DNA of 42,780 nt from a virus: the UHGV virus genome UHGV-0120405. The stretch is one strand, 5' to 3'. The translations under genes and the position numbers were made by a program. This document shows, piece by piece, positions 1-9,590 of this stretch. How positions within the stretch are numbered: position 1 is the stretch's first letter; each line of letters starts with the position of its first letter. Under the pieces are notes generated by a model. That model was not told the origin of the DNA. It saw only the letters and a program-made list of their open reading frames with translations, and ran no database searches.

Positions 1-434
1 TTGGTGGAACACAGGAATTAGCAGTTATTAACGAATCTGGTCTTTACAGTCTTATTCTTTCAAGTAAGTTACCTAGTGCTAAGAAATTTAAGCGTTGGGT
101 AACATCAGAGGTTCTTCCTGCTATAAGAAAAACAGGGCATTATGGGAACACACCTTTGAAAGATGTAATAAATCTTATCCGTATTACTAGAGATAATATG
201 GAAAAGCAAGGTGCATCACCAACACAGATTGCTGAAACAATTAATGGAATATGTGAACAGTATGGAATTAATCTTCCAAACTTTGTGATACATCCCGAAC
301 AGGTCACTATGAAAAATGTGTTTGATATGGTTGATTATGTTTTTTCACAGCCAAGGGGTAGAGGTCACAAAGCATTAACTTATGATGATTATGTAGCACA
401 TAAAGCAAGCGTGAAAATGATAGGCGGTGATTGA
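1..434 (+). CDS. BRO-N antirepressor, 3' part (continues from 42600-42780; 204 aa in total)
   Basis: Frame from position 3 reads GGTQELAVINESGLYSLILSSKLPSAKKFKRWVTSEVLPAIRKTG, a typical BRO-N motif. It is in frame with listed ORF 156..434 and with the ATG at 42600. Confidence 0.93.
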   Translation, partial: GGTQELAVINESGLYSLILSSKLPSAKKFKRWVTSEVLPAIRKTGHYGNTPLKDVINLIRITRDNMEKQGASPTQIAETINGICEQYGINLPNFVIHPEQVTMKNVFDMVDYVFSQPRGRGHKALTYDDYVAHKASVKMIGGD

Positions 435-630
435 TATGAAAATTTATAGTAATAGACTTTCAGTTGCAGAAGCTGCAAGTTTATTAGATGCTTCTGAACA
501 ATTTATTAGAATTGGATTGCAGCAAGGAACATTAAAATTTGGAATGGCTGTTAAAATGTCAGGACAATGGACTTATGTGATAACAAAGCAGAAGTTTGAA
601 GAAGTAACAGGAATAAAAGTTTCACAATAA
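427..630 (+). CDS. small HTH DNA-binding protein, excisionase-like
   Basis: LSVAEAASLLDASEQFIRIGLQQG resembles a MerR/Xis-type HTH; follows the antirepressor. Confidence 0.65.
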   Translation: MIDMKIYSNRLSVAEAASLLDASEQFIRIGLQQGTLKFGMAVKMSGQWTYVITKQKFEEVTGIKVSQ

Positions 631-656
631 ATATTTTTTGAAAGGATGGACAAAAA

Positions 657-1529
657 ATGAAAGGTTATAAGGTTTTTAATTCTGACTGGACTTGTAGAGG
701 TTTCCAGTTTGAGGTAGGCAAAGTATTTGAGGAAGATGTCACACCAGTTTGTTGTGATAAGGGATTTCATTTCTGCACAAAGGCATCAGACTGTTTTAGC
801 TATTATGATTTTGACCCTAATAATAAAGTTGCAGAAGTAGAAGCACTTGGTGAGATTGACTCTAATGATGAAGATAGTAAGTGCTGTACTAACAAAATTA
901 AGATTGTTAGAGAAATTAACTGGCAGGAAGTTCTTGAGCTTGTAAATTTGGGAAAAGCTTGCACTGGTCTTTGTAACAGCGGTAATTGTAACAGCGGTAA
1001 TCGTAACAGCGGTAATTGTAACAGCGGTAATTGTAACAGCGGTGATTGGAACAGCGGTAATTGTAACAGCGGTGATTGGAACAGCGGTGATTGGAACAGC
1101 GGTAATTGTAACAGCGGTAATTGTAACAGCGGTAATTGTAACAGCGGTAATTGTAACAGCGGTGATTGGAACAAGACTTGCTTTTCAAATGGATGCTTTA
1201 ATACCGAATCACCAAAAATTTACTTGTTTAACAAACCTTCTAACTGGAATTATAGTGATTGGTTAAATTCAGATGCGAGATATATTCTTATGAATTGTCC
1301 TTCAAATGTTCTTTCTTGGATATGGGAAGATGATATGACTGATGAAGAAAAAGAACAACATCCTGAATATTTAGCAACAGGTGGATTCTTGAAGCATATT
1401 GAAGAAGAAACAGGAAGACAGATGTGGTGGGATGGTCTTTCAGATGTACAAAAAGACAGTGTGATGCAACTTCCAAACTTTGATAAGGATATTTTTAAAG
1501 AAATTACTGGAATCAGTATTGAAGCATAG
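657..1529 (+). CDS. pentapeptide-repeat phage protein (NSG[ND][CWR] x13)
   Basis: RBS GAAAGGA; N-terminal KGYKVF...CRGFQFEVG...GFHFC domain common in Firmicutes phages; central repeats. Confidence 0.85.
   Translation: MKGYKVFNSDWTCRGFQFEVGKVFEEDVTPVCCDKGFHFCTKASDCFSYYDFDPNNKVAEVEALGEIDSNDEDSKCCTNKIKIVREINWQEVLELVNLGKACTGLCNSGNCNSGNRNSGNCNSGNCNSGDWNSGNCNSGDWNSGDWNSGNCNSGNCNSGNCNSGNCNSGDWNKTCFSNGCFNTESPKIYLFNKPSNWNYSDWLNSDARYILMNCPSNVLSWIWEDDMTDEEKEQHPEYLATGGFLKHIEEETGRQMWWDGLSDVQKDSVMQLPNFDKDIFKEITGISIEA
975..1169 (+). repeat. 15-bp tandem repeat, 13 units (AACAGCGGT-RAT-YGK)
   Basis: Counted directly: AACAGCGGTAATTGT x8, AACAGCGGTGATTGG x4, AACAGCGGTAATCGT x1. Confidence 0.97.
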
Positions 1530-1540
1530 GTGGTGATGTT

Positions 1541-2839
1541 ATGAAACTTTTCAAACATCAGCAGGAAGCATTAGAACAAACAAAAGACTTAAATAGAGTT
1601 GCATATTATTTGGATATGGGACTTGGAAAAACATTTGTTGGTGCTGAAAAAGCAATGTCATTTGGTGAAGACATCTTGATTGTGTGTCAGAAGTCCAAGA
1701 TTGCAGATTGGGAGGAACACTTCTTTAAGTATTACATTGACAAGATGAAGTGTGATGAATCAGGTGCATGGTGTTATGATTTGACAACAAATACAGGAAT
1801 GGATATGTTTCTTCATTCTAGGTACAAAATTAGAATTGGAATCGTTAATTATGAACTTCTTTGGAGAAGGATAAACCTAATTCAAGAACTGAACAAAACA
1901 ATCTTTACATTGATGCTTGATGAATCTTCTTTGATTCAGAATACAGCTGCAAAGCAAACAAAACAAGGTGTTATGAAGTTACAACCACAGTTTGTGGTCC
2001 TTCTTTCGGGAACACCAACGGCGGGAAAATATGAAAATCTTTGGTCACAAATTCATTTGCTTGGATGGAAGATTTCAGAAAATGTTTACAACAGACAATA
2101 TGTGAATTGGACAAAGATTGATATGGGTGGTTTTTTTCACAAAATAGTAGACAAGGAAAATCCATATAAGAATGTTGAAAGATTAAAATCTAAATTGCGT
2201 GAACATGGAGCAGTATTTATGAAAACAGAAGAATGTTTTGACCTTCCTGAACAGACCTTTATTAAACAGTTTGTCCCAACTTCTAAAGAATATAGGAAGT
2301 TTATGAAAGACTCTATTATTACTGTTGATGATAAGGAATTAGTTGGTGATACTACATTGACTAAAAGACTTTATGCAAGACAGTTGTGTGGTCAATACAG
2401 TGAATATAAGCTACAAGCATTCAAGGAATTGGTAGAAAGTACACAAGACAGATTGATTGTGTTTTATAACTTTACTGCTGAACTTGATGCTCTAAGTGAA
2501 ATAGCTTGTGATTGTAATCGTAAGTTTTCATTAGTCAATGGTTATGATAAACAACTTGATAATTATGATAAGTATGATAATTCAATTACTTTCATTCAAT
2601 ATCAGGCAGGTGCAATGGGTTTAAATCTTCAAAAAGCAAATAAAGTTATATATTTCACACTGACTGACAAGTCAGAACTATTTGAACAATCAAAGAAAAG
2701 AATTCACAGAATTGGTCAAGAACAACCTTGTTTCTATTACATTTTGATGTGCAAAAACAGTGTTGAAGAAAATATTTTACAAGCATTAGAAATGCGAAGG
2801 GATTTTACTGATGAATTATTTAAAGAAATTAATCAGTAG
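1541..2839 (+). CDS. SNF2-family (SF2) helicase
   Basis: DMGLGKT Walker A, LDES, LSGTP, GLNLQ and RIHRIGQ motifs. Confidence 0.93.
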   Translation: MKLFKHQQEALEQTKDLNRVAYYLDMGLGKTFVGAEKAMSFGEDILIVCQKSKIADWEEHFFKYYIDKMKCDESGAWCYDLTTNTGMDMFLHSRYKIRIGIVNYELLWRRINLIQELNKTIFTLMLDESSLIQNTAAKQTKQGVMKLQPQFVVLLSGTPTAGKYENLWSQIHLLGWKISENVYNRQYVNWTKIDMGGFFHKIVDKENPYKNVERLKSKLREHGAVFMKTEECFDLPEQTFIKQFVPTSKEYRKFMKDSIITVDDKELVGDTTLTKRLYARQLCGQYSEYKLQAFKELVESTQDRLIVFYNFTAELDALSEIACDCNRKFSLVNGYDKQLDNYDKYDNSITFIQYQAGAMGLNLQKANKVIYFTLTDKSELFEQSKKRIHRIGQEQPCFYYILMCKNSVEENILQALEMRRDFTDELFKEINQ

Positions 2840-2860
2840 TAAATTATTGGAGGAAACTTT

Positions 2861-3538
2861 ATGAGAAAACAAAAGCAAAAAAAGGTTGTAAAAAGAAGAT
2901 TTTTATTGTTTACAACAACAGTTCTTATATTAGGAGGACTAATTGGAGGAATTACATATAGTGATAAGAAAAAAGTAAAATTGCAAAATGATTATATTAT
3001 GCAAAATGTTAATCATTTTGGTGCGTATGATGGAACTGTTTTTACACACGAAGTGTCAACAGACTGGTCAGGTGATGAATATAAATTTACACCACTTAAT
3101 TGTAAACTTGATGAAGAAACACAAAAATTTACTTTTTACTTATGCAAAGGATATAACATTGATTGGACATTAGTTATGGCTTTGATGCAGAAGGAATCTT
3201 CTTTTAATGCTGATATTATCAGTTCTACAGGTGATTATGGTTTAATGCAGATTAATAAGGTAAATCATACATGGTTGACAGAAACTATAGGTGTAACTGA
3301 TTTTTTAGATAAAGAACAGAATATCAGAGCTGGTTTATTTGTTTTAAGAAAGTTATTTGAAGAATATACAGACCCAAAGCTTGTTTTAATGGCATACAAT
3401 ATGGGGTCTAACGGTGCAGAAACACTTTGGAATAAAGGAATATATACAACACCTTATACAGAAGACATTATTAAATATCAAACAGAATTTAACAAACAAC
3501 TCGAAGAAAGGAATAGTGGAAATAATGAAAAAATGTAA
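2861..3538 (+). CDS. membrane-anchored SLT lytic transglycosylase
   Basis: N-terminal TM helix; KESSF, GLMQI and AYNMG motifs. Confidence 0.9.
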   Translation: MRKQKQKKVVKRRFLLFTTTVLILGGLIGGITYSDKKKVKLQNDYIMQNVNHFGAYDGTVFTHEVSTDWSGDEYKFTPLNCKLDEETQKFTFYLCKGYNIDWTLVMALMQKESSFNADIISSTGDYGLMQINKVNHTWLTETIGVTDFLDKEQNIRAGLFVLRKLFEEYTDPKLVLMAYNMGSNGAETLWNKGIYTTPYTEDIIKYQTEFNKQLEERNSGNNEKM

Positions 3539-3992
3539 ACAGGCACTAAATGATAACACATGTGACAAGGACTGTTGCTGCTATTATTGTGAAGATTTTG
3601 AAACATGTGAACATGCTTGCAGTAACTTTGATGACAAGGAAGAACTTGAACAGCAGGGGTGTGAAGAACAGTTTGATGAAGAAACTGCATTACAAGAATT
3701 CAATAATGATTCAAATGCTCTTGCTATAATGCAACAAATTTCAATAATCAGTAAGAAGAAAAAAGAACTTGAAGAAAATGAAAAAGAAGTCCGAAAAGCC
3801 CTTGAAGCTGCAATGGCTCAATTTGGAATTAAGTCATTTGAAAATGATATTTTAAAAGTTGTATATGTTGCACCAACTACTAAAACAACTATTGATTCAA
3901 AAGCATTAAAAAAGGATAAACCTGATATTTATGAACAATACACAAAGACATCAAATGTCAAAGCATCTGTCAGAATCACAGTTAAAGACTGA
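3525..3992 (+). CDS. hypothetical protein, Cys-rich N-terminus plus coiled coil
   Basis: ATG at 3525 overlaps the upstream gene end; CDKDCCCYYCEDFETCEHAC cluster. Confidence 0.7.
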   Translation: MKKCKQALNDNTCDKDCCCYYCEDFETCEHACSNFDDKEELEQQGCEEQFDEETALQEFNNDSNALAIMQQISIISKKKKELEENEKEVRKALEAAMAQFGIKSFENDILKVVYVAPTTKTTIDSKALKKDKPDIYEQYTKTSNVKASVRITVKD

Positions 3993-4087
3993 AGTGACTT
4001 GCAAGGATTGTAAACAGTGGAAATGGTGCAGTGAAAGGTCTAGGGAATATCCTTGTATATATTTCAAAAGAAAGAAGGTGAGTAAAA

Positions 4088-4546
4088 ATGGCAAAAGGAC
4101 AATACAAACACAAAGAAGGTAAAGAAGCATCAAGATTCACACATGGATTGATTAAAACAAGATTATACAGAATATGGTCAAATATGAAAACAAGATGCTT
4201 CAATCCAAATGCAACAAGATTTGAAGGATGGGGTGGAAAAGGAATAACAATCTGTCCTGAATGGAAATATGATTTTCTTACATTTTATGATTGGTCACAA
4301 TCAAATGGTTATTCAGATGAATTGACCCTTGACAGAATCAATCCTGATGGAAATTATGAACCATCAAATTGCAGGTGGGTCACATATACTGAACAAAATA
4401 AAAACAAATCATGTGTCCCTAAATATGAATTAGATGGAATTCAATTTACACAATCGGATGTTGAAAGATTGTTTGGTGTAAAAAGAACAACATTTCAAGC
4501 AAGATTGAAAAGAGGATTATCAGTAAGGAGTGCAATATATGGGTAA
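4088..4546 (+). CDS. free-standing HNH-type endonuclease
   Basis: RLYRIWSNMKTRC...LTLDRINPDGNYEPSNCRW; C-terminal HTH-like segment. Confidence 0.85.
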   Translation: MAKGQYKHKEGKEASRFTHGLIKTRLYRIWSNMKTRCFNPNATRFEGWGGKGITICPEWKYDFLTFYDWSQSNGYSDELTLDRINPDGNYEPSNCRWVTYTEQNKNKSCVPKYELDGIQFTQSDVERLFGVKRTTFQARLKRGLSVRSAIYG

Positions 4547-4889
4547 TGAAAAGAATTTTGAAAACAAAATTAAAGTTTTTTTGAAAGATAATGGGTGTTG
4601 GTTTTTGAAATATTGGGGTGGTGCAGCTTATACAAAATCTGGTATTCCTGACCTTCTTGCTTGTTGTAATGGTCGCTTTTTAGGGATTGAAGTCAAAGCA
4701 CCACATGGAAAACCAAGTGAATTACAGCTTTACAATCTAAAAAAGATAGATGAAGCAGGTGGCTTTGGAATTCTTCTTTATCCAAAAGATTTTGATTTAT
4801 TTAAAAATTTTATGGACAACCTTATTCAAGGAAATGTGGAAAACACAAGATACAATTATAAAATCTTGAAAGGAAGGTGGTCAAATTGA
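4539..4889 (+). CDS. VRR-NUC nuclease (resolvase-like)
   Basis: GIPDLLAC...GIEVKAPHGKPSELQ; RBS AAGGAG before ATG 4539. Confidence 0.88.
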   Translation: MGNEKNFENKIKVFLKDNGCWFLKYWGGAAYTKSGIPDLLACCNGRFLGIEVKAPHGKPSELQLYNLKKIDEAGGFGILLYPKDFDLFKNFMDNLIQGNVENTRYNYKILKGRWSN

Positions 4890-6619
4890 TTGTATCACAC
4901 AGTAGGGTGGAAACTTTTGAATCTTGTCCATATCGTTATGATTTGAAATATAATCAAGGAATTAAAACCATTCCACCTGATAATGCAGATAACGCATTAT
5001 TTCTTGGAACAGCACTTCATACTGGACTAGAAAAAGATATTCAAACAGCAATTCACGAATATTTTATGGAATATCCAGTTATTAACGATGCACATGTCAA
5101 TGAAGCAATGAAACTTGAGGTGATGATTTCAAAGGCAGCAGCAATGATTCCACCAGGTAAACATGAAGTGAAAATTGAAGATGATGACTTCATTGGATTT
5201 ATTGACCTTCTTGCACCTGCAAAAACAGAACAGAAACTTGGTGGTGAACATCAGGTCATCCCAAATGTATATGACTTGTATGATTTCAAGTATTCAAATA
5301 ATGTCAGTAAATACAAGGATTCGCCACAGCTTCATTTATATAAATATTTCTTTGAAAAGAACAATCCAGGGAAAATTATTAGAAATTTGTATTTCTTGTT
5401 TGTTCCAAAGGTCAACATCAAACAGTCAAAGAAAGAAGACTTGTTTCAGTTCAGACAGAGATTGCAGGAAGAACTAGACAAGAAAGAACCACAACTGGTT
5501 CAAATCGAATATGACCCTGAAAAGGTCATTAACTTCTTGCTTTCAACAAAGAATATGTTGGAAGCACAAGAATTTACTCAGCACATAAGCTGGTTATGCA
5601 ATTATTGTGAATACAAAGATTATTGTCAGAAAGGAATTGATTATATGAATTTACCAAGTAGTGAAAGAAGAAATATTAGTACAACAAATAAAAGAAAGAT
5701 TTGGATTTATGGTGCTGCTTTTAGTGGTAAGACAACAATGCTTGATGATGCACCAAATCCATTAAATCTAAATACTGATGGAAATATTCAGTTTGTTACA
5801 ATGCCTTATGTCAGCATTAAAGATGAAGTTACACTTAATGGTAGAATGACCAACAGAAAATTTGCTTGGGAAGTATTTAAGGATACCATTGCAGAACTTG
5901 AAAAGAAGCAGAATGACTTTAAAACAATCATTATTGACCTTCTTGAAGATACAAGGGAAATGTGCAGAATTTATATGTATGATAACCTTGGTATTCAGCA
6001 TGAATCTGATTCAGGCTTTGGAAAGGGTTGGGATATTATCAAGACAGAATATCTTTCTACAATGAGAAGATTTTTCAATCTTGATTATGAAAATCTTGTG
6101 GTTGTATCTCACGAAGATATATCTAAGGACATCACCAAGAAGAATGGTCAAAACATCACAAGAATTGCACCAAACATCCAGGATGCTATTGCTAACAAGA
6201 TTGCAGGTATGGTTGATATTGTTGCAAGGGTTGTGGTTGAAGATGATGACAGCAGAACACTGAACTTCAAGCAGAATGAAGTTATCTTTGGTGGTGGTAG
6301 ATTGAAGGGAATTAGTCAGACAACCATTCCTCTTAACTGGGATGCTTTGATGGATGTTTATGACCAGGCAAATCAGGCAGTGGGAACACCTTCACAGAAG
6401 TCCACAGAAGCCACACAGAAGCCTGGAAGAAGAAAGGAAAGTAATTCTACAACCGACGCGGAAAATGCCAAGGATGACCCACAGAGCGAACCACAGCAGG
6501 CATCTGAACCAGTAGAAGAACAGGAAACACCAGTAATGAATCCAGAAGAAAATCAGAAACAGCAGGTAGAGCCTGAAAAACCAAAAACAAGAGTTAGAAA
6601 AAGAAGGGGTGAAAACTAA
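4877..6619 (+). CDS. PD-(D/E)XK exonuclease fused to AAA_24/Sak4-like ATPase
   Basis: N half: SHSR..TFESCP, GTALH, GFID, DFK, CNYCEYKDYC. C half: YGAAFSGKT, IIID. Start may be TTG 4886. Confidence 0.85.
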   Translation: MVKLIVSHSRVETFESCPYRYDLKYNQGIKTIPPDNADNALFLGTALHTGLEKDIQTAIHEYFMEYPVINDAHVNEAMKLEVMISKAAAMIPPGKHEVKIEDDDFIGFIDLLAPAKTEQKLGGEHQVIPNVYDLYDFKYSNNVSKYKDSPQLHLYKYFFEKNNPGKIIRNLYFLFVPKVNIKQSKKEDLFQFRQRLQEELDKKEPQLVQIEYDPEKVINFLLSTKNMLEAQEFTQHISWLCNYCEYKDYCQKGIDYMNLPSSERRNISTTNKRKIWIYGAAFSGKTTMLDDAPNPLNLNTDGNIQFVTMPYVSIKDEVTLNGRMTNRKFAWEVFKDTIAELEKKQNDFKTIIIDLLEDTREMCRIYMYDNLGIQHESDSGFGKGWDIIKTEYLSTMRRFFNLDYENLVVVSHEDISKDITKKNGQNITRIAPNIQDAIANKIAGMVDIVARVVVEDDDSRTLNFKQNEVIFGGGRLKGISQTTIPLNWDALMDVYDQANQAVGTPSQKSTEATQKPGRRKESNSTTDAENAKDDPQSEPQQASEPVEEQETPVMNPEENQKQQVEPEKPKTRVRKRRGEN

Positions 6620-6816
6620 TGGATGAATTTTTAAAAATGCTTATAGAGGTAGTAGAAAAAAATAAAAGCAACACTATCAATATGAACAAAAATAATTTTA
6701 TGAGTAGAGGACCACAGGAAATAGCTCACGCAAACAAGATTTTATATGATGCTCATATACATGAAGGATTTACAAGTGAAGAAGCGTTAGCTTTGGTTAT
6801 AGCAACATTAAATTAA
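6619..6816 (+). CDS. hypothetical protein
   Basis: TAATG coupling with upstream gene; RBS AGGGGTG. Confidence 0.65.
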   Translation: MDEFLKMLIEVVEKNKSNTINMNKNNFMSRGPQEIAHANKILYDAHIHEGFTSEEALALVIATLN

Positions 6817-6845
6817 TTACATAGAAAGGTTAAAAGGTGAAAATT

Positions 6846-7331
6846 ATGGCACAAGATATGTTTAGTAGATGGGATAAGGAAATTGATACAGAAGGATTAC
6901 AGAATGATATAGCAGAAGCTGCTACAAATGGTGGTAATGGAACTTATAAAGAAGTACCACATGGTAATTATGAAGTTGCAGTTCAGCAAATGGAATTGAA
7001 AGCATCTAAAAAAGGCGACCCTATGGTTAGTATTTGGTTCAAGATTGTTTCTGATGGAGATTACAAGGGAAGTATACTTTTTTACAATCAGGTTATTACA
7101 CAGGGATTTCAGATTCATAACTGTAATGAGTTGCTTCGTAAGATGGTTGAAGAAATGGGTGCAGACATGCCTGTTGTGGAATTCAAGAGCTATAAACAGT
7201 ATTCTGAATTGCTTATGGATATTTATGAAGGTATTGCAGATAATTTTGAATATGCTTTAAAATATACAGCTAATAAGAAAAATAAAGATTTTAGTGACTT
7301 TGAAGTAACAGAAGTATTTATTCTTGAATAA
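6846..7331 (+). CDS. DUF669-like putative ssDNA-binding protein
   Basis: EVPHGNYEV...SKKGDPMVSIWFKI; acidic; lies between the recombination ATPase and the polymerase. Confidence 0.75.
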   Translation: MAQDMFSRWDKEIDTEGLQNDIAEAATNGGNGTYKEVPHGNYEVAVQQMELKASKKGDPMVSIWFKIVSDGDYKGSILFYNQVITQGFQIHNCNELLRKMVEEMGADMPVVEFKSYKQYSELLMDIYEGIADNFEYALKYTANKKNKDFSDFEVTEVFILE

Positions 7332-7340
7332 ATAGATTAG

Positions 7341-7379
7341 TTATCTTCCCAAGGATAAAATCAAACCTTGGGAAGATAA
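7341..7379. promoter_or_regulatory. perfect 14-bp stem-loop upstream of the DNA polymerase
   Basis: TTATCTTCCCAAGG-11 nt-CCTTGGGAAGATAA; no U tract. Confidence 0.55.
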
Positions 7380-7404
7380 TGAATTGAAAGGATGGTGAGA
7401 ATAG

Positions 7405-9156
7405 GTGTTATTTTATGACTTTGAAGTCTTTAAATATGACTGGCTAGTTGTAGTGATTGATATGACAGAGAAAAAGCAGCACATTATCATTAACAACAAT
7501 GAAGAACTGGATTCATTGTATCAAGCAAAGAAAAATGATATTTGGGTTGGTTTCAATTCAAATCACTATGACCAGTACATATTGAAAGGAATTCTTTGTG
7601 GATTTGACCCCAAAAGAATTAATGACTTTATCATTGTTAAAGGTAACCCTGGATGGAAGTTTTCTTCACTACTTCGCAAAATTCCATTAAACAATTATGA
7701 TGTAATGTTGAACTTAGACAAAGGATTGAAGTGGTTTGAGGGAAGCATGGGAAACAACATTAAAGAAACCGGTGTTCCATTTGATATTGACAGGAAACTG
7801 ACAGAAGCAGAAATTGCTGAAACTGTTAAATATTGTATACATGATGTAGAACAGACTATTGAAGTGTTCTTGCAAAGAAAAGAGGAATTCAATGGAAGGT
7901 TGGAACTGGTGAAACTTGCTTGTAAAGGCAAAGCACTTGACCTATCTTTAATTTCAAAAACAAAGCCACAGTTGACAGCAATAGTCTTAGATGCACATAG
8001 ACAAGGTGATAGGGGTGATGAATTTGACATTGATTTCCCTAACACAAATCAGGTGAAGAAATACAAAGATGTCTTAGATTGGTATTCAAACCCTGATAAT
8101 AGATGTTATTACAGACACATTCCAGGGAAAAAGCAACCTGAAAAGAATCAATATTCAGTTATAGTTGCAGGATGCCCACACACATTTGCATGGGGTGGTG
8201 TTCATGGAGCATTGGAACAATATACTGGTGAAGGATATTATCTGATGATGGATGTTGCTTCTCTTTATCCTTCTTTGATGATTAGATACAACCTACATTC
8301 AAGAAATATTGCAGACCCACAGAAATTTGTAGACATCTACCATGAAAGACTTGAACTGAAAAAGAAAAAAGACCCATTACAGGCAGTTCTGAAAATTGTG
8401 TTGAATTCAACTTATGGTGTATTAAAAGACAAGAACAATGACTTGTATGACCCTTTGATGTCTAACAAGGTATGTGTATATGGACAGATTCTTTTGCTTG
8501 ATTTGATTGAACATATTGAACCTTATGCACAACTGATTCAGTCCAATACAGATGGTATTTTAGTAAAAATGCCTGATGGACAGGATGAAGAAGAATGGTT
8601 CAATTTAATTGATGATATTGCTTGGAAATGGGAACAAAGAACAGGCTTGACACTAGAATTTGATGAATACAGGAAAGTGTTTCAGAAAGATGTGAACAAT
8701 TACATCATTGTTGCACCTGATGGACATATTAAGTCAAAAGGTGCTTATGTAAAGAAGCTGTCAAACCTAGATTATGGTGATTTTCCTATTGTAAATCATG
8801 CTTTAGTTGAATATATGGTGAATAATGTTCCAGTTGAAAGTTTTATTCATAGTTGTGATGAATTAAAAGAATTTCAGATGGTAACAAAAATAACAAGTAA
8901 ATATTCTACCATCTTACATGGTGATGAAGTTATAAAAGAAAAGTGCGTTAGGCTGTTTGCTTCCACTAAGGAAACTGATGCAGGGGTAAAGAAAGTATCA
9001 ATTCGAACTGGAAAACCTGAAAAAATTGCATCTAGTCCAGAACACTGTTTTATATTCAATGAGAATATGAATAATGTTAAATGTCCTAGATACCTTAATA
9101 AAGATTGGTATGTAGAACTTGCAAAGAAAAGATTAAAAGACTTTGGGGTGATGTAA
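7405..9156 (+). CDS. family B DNA polymerase with 3'-5' exonuclease
   Basis: Exo motifs YDFE, FNSNHYD, YCIHD; polymerase motifs DVASLYPS, KIVLNSTYG, SNTDG. Confidence 0.93.
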   Translation: MLFYDFEVFKYDWLVVVIDMTEKKQHIIINNNEELDSLYQAKKNDIWVGFNSNHYDQYILKGILCGFDPKRINDFIIVKGNPGWKFSSLLRKIPLNNYDVMLNLDKGLKWFEGSMGNNIKETGVPFDIDRKLTEAEIAETVKYCIHDVEQTIEVFLQRKEEFNGRLELVKLACKGKALDLSLISKTKPQLTAIVLDAHRQGDRGDEFDIDFPNTNQVKKYKDVLDWYSNPDNRCYYRHIPGKKQPEKNQYSVIVAGCPHTFAWGGVHGALEQYTGEGYYLMMDVASLYPSLMIRYNLHSRNIADPQKFVDIYHERLELKKKKDPLQAVLKIVLNSTYGVLKDKNNDLYDPLMSNKVCVYGQILLLDLIEHIEPYAQLIQSNTDGILVKMPDGQDEEEWFNLIDDIAWKWEQRTGLTLEFDEYRKVFQKDVNNYIIVAPDGHIKSKGAYVKKLSNLDYGDFPIVNHALVEYMVNNVPVESFIHSCDELKEFQMVTKITSKYSTILHGDEVIKEKCVRLFASTKETDAGVKKVSIRTGKPEKIASSPEHCFIFNENMNNVKCPRYLNKDWYVELAKKRLKDFGVM

Positions 9157-9584
9157 TGGATATACAAATTAAATATAAAAATGGACAAATGAATATTCAT
9201 ATGGATATATTTTTTCCAACATCACAAGCACGATTGAAGAAATTATTAAAAGTTGTTGAGTTGGATTTTGAACATAGAGATGAAATATTTCAAACTATGT
9301 ACCAATTCTTCCAGGATAAAGTAAATGAATTGGAAGAAAAAAGAATCAGTTCAGGGAAAAAAGCTGTTGACTATAAACAGAAAATTGCAGATATATCTAT
9401 AAAAATTGAATCTGAAAAATATTCAAATGGTGTAAAACTGACTAAAAATGAGTTAGAAAAAACTAAACTAGAATATAGATATTTAAAAATAAGATATTCG
9501 AAAAGTATGTCTGATTTTAATAAGGCTGTTAAACAGAAGAAGCAATTTTTAAAATACATAGAAATTTTAGAACAAAGGAAGTGA
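9156..9584 (+). CDS. hypothetical coiled-coil protein
   Basis: TAATG coupling to the polymerase; basic and helical. Confidence 0.7.
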   Translation: MDIQIKYKNGQMNIHMDIFFPTSQARLKKLLKVVELDFEHRDEIFQTMYQFFQDKVNELEEKRISSGKKAVDYKQKIADISIKIESEKYSNGVKLTKNELEKTKLEYRYLKIRYSKSMSDFNKAVKQKKQFLKYIEILEQRK

Positions 9585-9590
9585 TAAATA

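Noticed and set aside
975..1169. CRISPR array or DGR template repeat
   Set aside because: Units are contiguous with no spacers, lie inside a CDS, and I see no cas genes, reverse transcriptase or second variable copy.
803..1266. Overlapping repeat ORFs 803..1174, 916..1188, 1042..1266
   Set aside because: Open only because the 15-bp repeat lacks stops in those frames; no independent support.
4877..5644. cas4 of a CRISPR system
   Set aside because: The Cas4-like nuclease sits in a phage recombination module with no cas1/cas2 or array.
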